In this document: piece after piece, positions 60,435 through 64,000 of the stretch
Position numbering within the stretch: the first letter of the stretch is position 1
How the letters are laid out: the number at the start of each line of letters is the position of its first letter
Notes under the pieces: model-generated
Told to the model about the DNA's origin: nothing
The model's input: the letters and a program-made list of their open reading frames with translations, nothing else
The model's database searches: none
DNA from: Candidatus Poseidoniales archaeon
GTDB lineage: Archaea; Thermoplasmatota; Poseidoniia; Poseidoniales; Poseidoniaceae
NCBI GenBank assembly: GCA_009887195.1
Contig: QXXX01000073.1
Span: 2,000-65,999, forward strand
Direction: 5' to 3'
Length of the DNA stretch: 64,000 nucleotides
Made by a program: the position numbers and the translations under genes

Positions 60435-61091
60435 ATGTTCCAGTCCTATGGGGTGCACGGCCCCGTTCTTGGCCCCGTTGCCGGATTGGCCATTGACATT
60501 GTTTTGTTAGGCTTGGCATTTTGGATGTTGGCTTCTCCAGACATGAAAAAAGTCTCTAATATTCTTACCTTTGTTACTCTAATATTTGGCATTTCACTGG
60601 CAAGAATACTAATGTCACCGTTGCCTAATATTCAGCCGGTAACCGTTGCCTGTCTGATTATCGGTGCGCAACTTGGAGCAAGGCGAGGTGTCGCATTTGC
60701 TGTACTAGTCACCATGATTTCTAACTTTATTCTCGGTGATGGAATTTGGACTGTATACCAAGCAATTGGCTGGTCAACTGTGGCAATTATTGGGGCCCAA
60801 TCTAAGCTAATTATCGATAGTAAACTACAACTCGGCAGACTATACTTTTTGGGAATTGCTTCTGCCTTTTTATTCGACTTTATTGCCTCATTGAGCGTAA
60901 TTGGTACAGTAAACGCTGGCGAATTTATGACCTATCTAATCAACGGCATCCCGTATGATGTAGTCCATGCACTGGGCAATGTTACAATGGCAGCATGGTT
61001 TGGAATTTGGTTCTCTGACGTAATAACTCAATTCCAATCAATGGAAGAGATAGAACAAACAGTAGTCGATGGATATGTTATCGGATCATGA
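60435..61091 (+). CDS. Small 6-TM membrane protein resembling ECF-transporter substrate-specific (S) components
   Basis: 218 aa. The ARILMSPLPNIQPVTVACLIIGAQLGARRG pattern (N-I-Q-P...G..LG...G) is typical of ECF S components such as BioY, ThiW or QueT. The family call is tentative. Confidence 0.4.
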   Translation: MFQSYGVHGPVLGPVAGLAIDIVLLGLAFWMLASPDMKKVSNILTFVTLIFGISLARILMSPLPNIQPVTVACLIIGAQLGARRGVAFAVLVTMISNFILGDGIWTVYQAIGWSTVAIIGAQSKLIIDSKLQLGRLYFLGIASAFLFDFIASLSVIGTVNAGEFMTYLINGIPYDVVHALGNVTMAAWFGIWFSDVITQFQSMEEIEQTVVDGYVIGS

Positions 61092-61443
61092 TGGGCCTTC
61101 CATGGCATTGGTTGTTAGAAAAGACCTCAAATTATCAGCAGGGAAACTTGCAGTACAATGTTCACATGCAGCAGTATCTTGCTCACTTCAAGCCAAGAAA
61201 AGTGAGGCAAGAATATTCGAGCGGTGGAACAATGGTGGGGCAAGGAAAATTTGCTTATCGGTAAAAGATGAAGAATCACTACGAATTTTGATGGGACAGG
61301 CCAAATCAGCCGGGATTATCACTAATTTAGTAAAAGATGCAGGGCATACTGAAATTCCCCCCGGTACTATTACCGTGCTTGGAATTGGCCCCGCTCCCAG
61401 AAGAATCATTGATTTACTCGTTGGCGAATTAAAGCCATATTAG
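61069..61443 (+). CDS. pth2: Peptidyl-tRNA hydrolase, archaeal PTH2 family
   Basis: ALVVRKDLKLSAGKLAVQCSHAAV and AGHTEIPPGTITVLGIGP match PTH2 motifs. It overlaps the end of the previous gene by 23 nt. Confidence 0.75.
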   Translation: MDMLSDHDGPSMALVVRKDLKLSAGKLAVQCSHAAVSCSLQAKKSEARIFERWNNGGARKICLSVKDEESLRILMGQAKSAGIITNLVKDAGHTEIPPGTITVLGIGPAPRRIIDLLVGELKPY

Positions 61444-61447
61444 GTAG

Positions 61448-61870
61448 GTGAAAGTTATGGGTCTGCGTTCATTTATTCATCAATTAACAGCACCAAAAAG
61501 TTCAGGCTCTGTACCAAAGGGTTCGTTTAAGTTGGTATTGGTGATCAATCATGACCTCAAGATGGGCAAAGGTAAAATTGCCGCCCAAGCAGGTCACGCA
61601 TCGGTGTCTGCAACACTAAAAATGGGCGTAAATAAGCCTAATTTACTCGATGCATGGTTGAAATCAGGACAAAAAAAAGTCTGCTTAAAAACTACCCAAG
61701 ATGAATTATTAGAATTAGAAAAACATGCTGTAAAACTAGGAATTCAAACAGTTAGAGTTAACGATGCGGGGAAGACACAAATTCCTAGTGGGTCATTAAC
61801 TGTGATTGCTTTTGGCCCAGGCCAAGATGATGAACTGGAACAATTAACCGGTCATCTAAAACTACTGTGA
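61448..61870 (+). CDS. pth2: Peptidyl-tRNA hydrolase PTH2 paralog (second tandem copy)
   Basis: KLVLVINHDLKMGKGKIAAQAGHASVSA...DAGKTQIPSGSLTVIAFGP...TGHLKLL is canonical PTH2, except that Gly replaces the usual Cys/Ala in the QCxHA motif. Confidence 0.75.
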   Translation: MKVMGLRSFIHQLTAPKSSGSVPKGSFKLVLVINHDLKMGKGKIAAQAGHASVSATLKMGVNKPNLLDAWLKSGQKKVCLKTTQDELLELEKHAVKLGIQTVRVNDAGKTQIPSGSLTVIAFGPGQDDELEQLTGHLKLL

Positions 61871-61911
61871 TTTTCCGCCTAATTCATCAATGATGGCAAC
61901 TTGGTGGGCTC

Positions 61912-62958
61912 ATGCGCGAGTACAATTCTGACCGAATTGACATGAGAAGTGATACGGTGACACAGCCGACAAAGGCAATGTTAGAGGCTATGATGGCAGC
62001 AAAAGTCGGTGATGATGTATTGCAAGACGACCCAACAGTCAAGGCATTAGAAGCAAGAATCGCCGAAATATGCGGGATGGATTCAGCATTATTTGTTCCT
62101 TCAGGAACCATGTCTAATGCGGTAGCAATTAGGGCACACACTTCCCCTGGAGATGAAATAGTAATGGAAAGGACCAGCCATATTTACCAGTATGAAGGCG
62201 GTGGTTACGCAGTAATGTCGGGGGTCTCAGTTGCGCTTGTCGATGGCAATAAAGGGCAACTAACTCCTGAATTATTAAGCAAAGCGATTAGAAAGGCTGA
62301 AGGCAGTTTAGGGCACTATCCAGACGGCACTTTGGTATGCGTTGAAAATACTGCAAATCGTGGTGGTGGGACATGTTACACTCAAGAAAACCTCGATGCT
62401 GTAGCCAAGACCGCACATGAGCATGGTTGCCAAGTTCACATGGACGGGGCGAGAATTTTCAATGCCTCAATTAAGACCAATACGCCAGTTAGTCGGATGT
62501 TGAAAGAATTTGATTCGGTATCGATTTGCTTATCAAAAGGCTTAGGTGCCCCGGTAGGTAGTTTACTTGTCGGCTCAGCAGATTTTATCGCTAAAGCGAG
62601 CCGCTGGAGAAAGATGTTTGGTGGCGGCATGAGGCAATCTGGTATTCTAGCCGCTGCTGGAATGTATGCACTAGACAATAATATCCAGCGCCTCTCAGAA
62701 GATCATTCTAGAGCAAAGCGACTGGCAACTGCACTAAATGAGATGGATGAATATTCTGTGGACTTAAATTCAGTTGAAACCAATATGGTTTACATCGATA
62801 GCAAAATGGGTGCTAAGGAATTAATGGCGCGACTTTCTAGTCACGCAATAGATGTACTGGATGTCGGGCCAACTGCAGTAAGGGCAGTAACCCATCTTCA
62901 TGTGACCGATGAAGATATTGATAAGGCCATTGAAGTGTTTAGGACTATTAGTGCTTGA
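61912..62958 (+). CDS. ltaE: Low-specificity L-threonine aldolase (PLP-dependent)
   Basis: SDTVTQPT...M..A..GDDV..DDPTV..LE...A...G...ALFVPSGTMSN matches the threonine-aldolase N-terminus. A PLP-lysine region is present, and it is 348 aa long. Confidence 0.8.
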   Translation: MREYNSDRIDMRSDTVTQPTKAMLEAMMAAKVGDDVLQDDPTVKALEARIAEICGMDSALFVPSGTMSNAVAIRAHTSPGDEIVMERTSHIYQYEGGGYAVMSGVSVALVDGNKGQLTPELLSKAIRKAEGSLGHYPDGTLVCVENTANRGGGTCYTQENLDAVAKTAHEHGCQVHMDGARIFNASIKTNTPVSRMLKEFDSVSICLSKGLGAPVGSLLVGSADFIAKASRWRKMFGGGMRQSGILAAAGMYALDNNIQRLSEDHSRAKRLATALNEMDEYSVDLNSVETNMVYIDSKMGAKELMARLSSHAIDVLDVGPTAVRAVTHLHVTDEDIDKAIEVFRTISA

Positions 62959-62962
62959 ACAC

Positions 62963-63856
62963 TCATGTCCTTCTAGCAACTAAGGCAGCAGAAAACCCTG
63001 CAACTAAAGTAATCATAACTCCGAAACCAGGTACAGATTTGGATTCTGTATCGTCTTCAACACCATCGCCTGGTACAGAATCATCGGCAAGTGGCATGTT
63101 GAGCAGGTAAACTAAATGCACTTCTAAATCATCACCATCGTGTGGCGTTGGAATACTAATATTTGCTGTTCCTTGAGGATTGCTTCCCAAGTCAGTAATT
63201 TGCCGTACTAAATCAAAATAAGTCCCTTGCCCATTACTCCCACCATCAAAGTCAGCAGATTGTTCAACTATCCAAGCATTGACACTCAGAGTTGCTTCTG
63301 GGTATGCAGATAAATCAGCATCTAGATTCCAATTTATAATTCCCATATTATCTGTTGATGGAGTCCACATAAATGATGAGTATGCCTCGCCTAAATTCAA
63401 CGGGCTTGCCATCATGTTGCGGTAGTCATTTACCAAACTATCAGACTCTGGAAGGCTACCGTGTTTCTTGATGGTTCCATTAATGGCAACTAGAGGGGGG
63501 CTTTCAGCACCATACCGCGCATCAAGATGTTGAGTGATGTCCACAGACCCAAAACCAGACTCATCTAGATCTGGATTTACATGAAACTCGTATTTCTGTA
63601 ATAGTCCTTCAACTTCAAGCTCATCAAGAGCGTGTTCAACTTTGACACAATTGGTGCACCAAGTAGCAGTAAAGTCCTCTGCGACAGCCGGCAGTACACT
63701 AATTTCAGCAGTCTGATTTGATTGGTTATTGATGTCGGTATGTTGGCCGCCAAAAACCGGACCATTACTGGTTTCAACAGCAGGCTTTGCAACTGAGGTT
63801 GATGCAGACATCATAACAAAAAAGCAAACTAAAGAAAACGCCATAATCTTTCGCAT
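62963..63856 (-). CDS. Secreted thioredoxin-like protein with a PGF-CTERM archaeosortase sorting signal
   Basis: Has a signal peptide (MRKIMAFSLVCFFVMMSASTSVA), a thioredoxin-like CxxC (TWCTNCVKVEHAL), and a C-terminal PGFGVMITLVAGFSAALVARRT (PGF + TM + basic) matching the PGF-CTERM tripartite signal. Confidence 0.6.
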   Translation of the reverse strand: MRKIMAFSLVCFFVMMSASTSVAKPAVETSNGPVFGGQHTDINNQSNQTAEISVLPAVAEDFTATWCTNCVKVEHALDELEVEGLLQKYEFHVNPDLDESGFGSVDITQHLDARYGAESPPLVAINGTIKKHGSLPESDSLVNDYRNMMASPLNLGEAYSSFMWTPSTDNMGIINWNLDADLSAYPEATLSVNAWIVEQSADFDGGSNGQGTYFDLVRQITDLGSNPQGTANISIPTPHDGDDLEVHLVYLLNMPLADDSVPGDGVEDDTESKSVPGFGVMITLVAGFSAALVARRT

Positions 63857-64000
63857 GTCACCCCTAAGTGAACGTTTGACTTGAACTCATCTGTAATTTG
63901 ATTATGGTCTAAATATGGCATTTATTGTAAAAAACGGCGGTAGTCTTCAATAACTGCCGCCAGTTTGGTTGAATGTACGGGGTGTGATGAAGTGGAATTT

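Noticed and set aside
63930-63965. A hairpin-forming inverted repeat (ggcggtag...ctgccgcc) in the last 140 bp of the window.
   Set aside because: It lies upstream of, not after, the minus-strand gene at 62963-63856, and the window ends before any downstream gene can be seen. It cannot be assigned as a terminator or regulatory site.

Overview
This 64 kb window looks like a chromosomal segment from an uncultivated marine euryarchaeon. That lineage call is inference from gene content only. It rests on DNA polymerase D large subunit (DP2), MCM, primase PriL, RNAP subunit D, archaeal-type PTH2, diphthine synthase, GatE, archaeal ribosomal proteins S13/S4/S11 and a PGF-CTERM sorting signal, at roughly 42% GC. 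The gene mix, which suggests but does not prove a Marine Group II/III type (Poseidoniales-like) organism, includes an M17 aminopeptidase next to a secreted M14 carboxypeptidase and two very large adhesin-like surface proteins with PKD, PPC, CARDB and thrombospondin-type-3 modules. Coding density is high, about 52 genes, mostly with short gaps or ATGA-type overlaps. I found no rRNA, tRNA, CRISPR array or obvious mobile element. Most of the window is housekeeping. The identified genes cover replication (polD DP2, mcm, priL, xth), translation (rps13-rps4-rps11-rpoD operon, gatE, hflX, two pth2, dph5, trm5), polyamine and hypusine metabolism (speB, speH-like, dys) and central metabolism (pckA, fumC, purM, glmM-like, ltaE). 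The parts that look accessory or novel are listed below. (1) A 1307-aa protein with about 30 or more transmembrane helices and a central charged coiled-coil, with no recognisable family. (2) A 1771-aa surface protein followed immediately by an RND/MMPL-like exporter. (3) A fumarase carrying an N-terminal ribbon-helix-helix-like extension, preceded by a perfect 18-bp palindrome. (4) A secreted beta-propeller with a 2-TM hairpin and a C-terminal DUF4430-like domain, next to a putative ECF S-component-like membrane protein. (5) Two tandem PTH2 paralogs. (6) An agmatinase, pyruvoyl-decarboxylase and deoxyhypusine-synthase operon. All functional calls come from motif recognition in the supplied translations. 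I could not run database searches.
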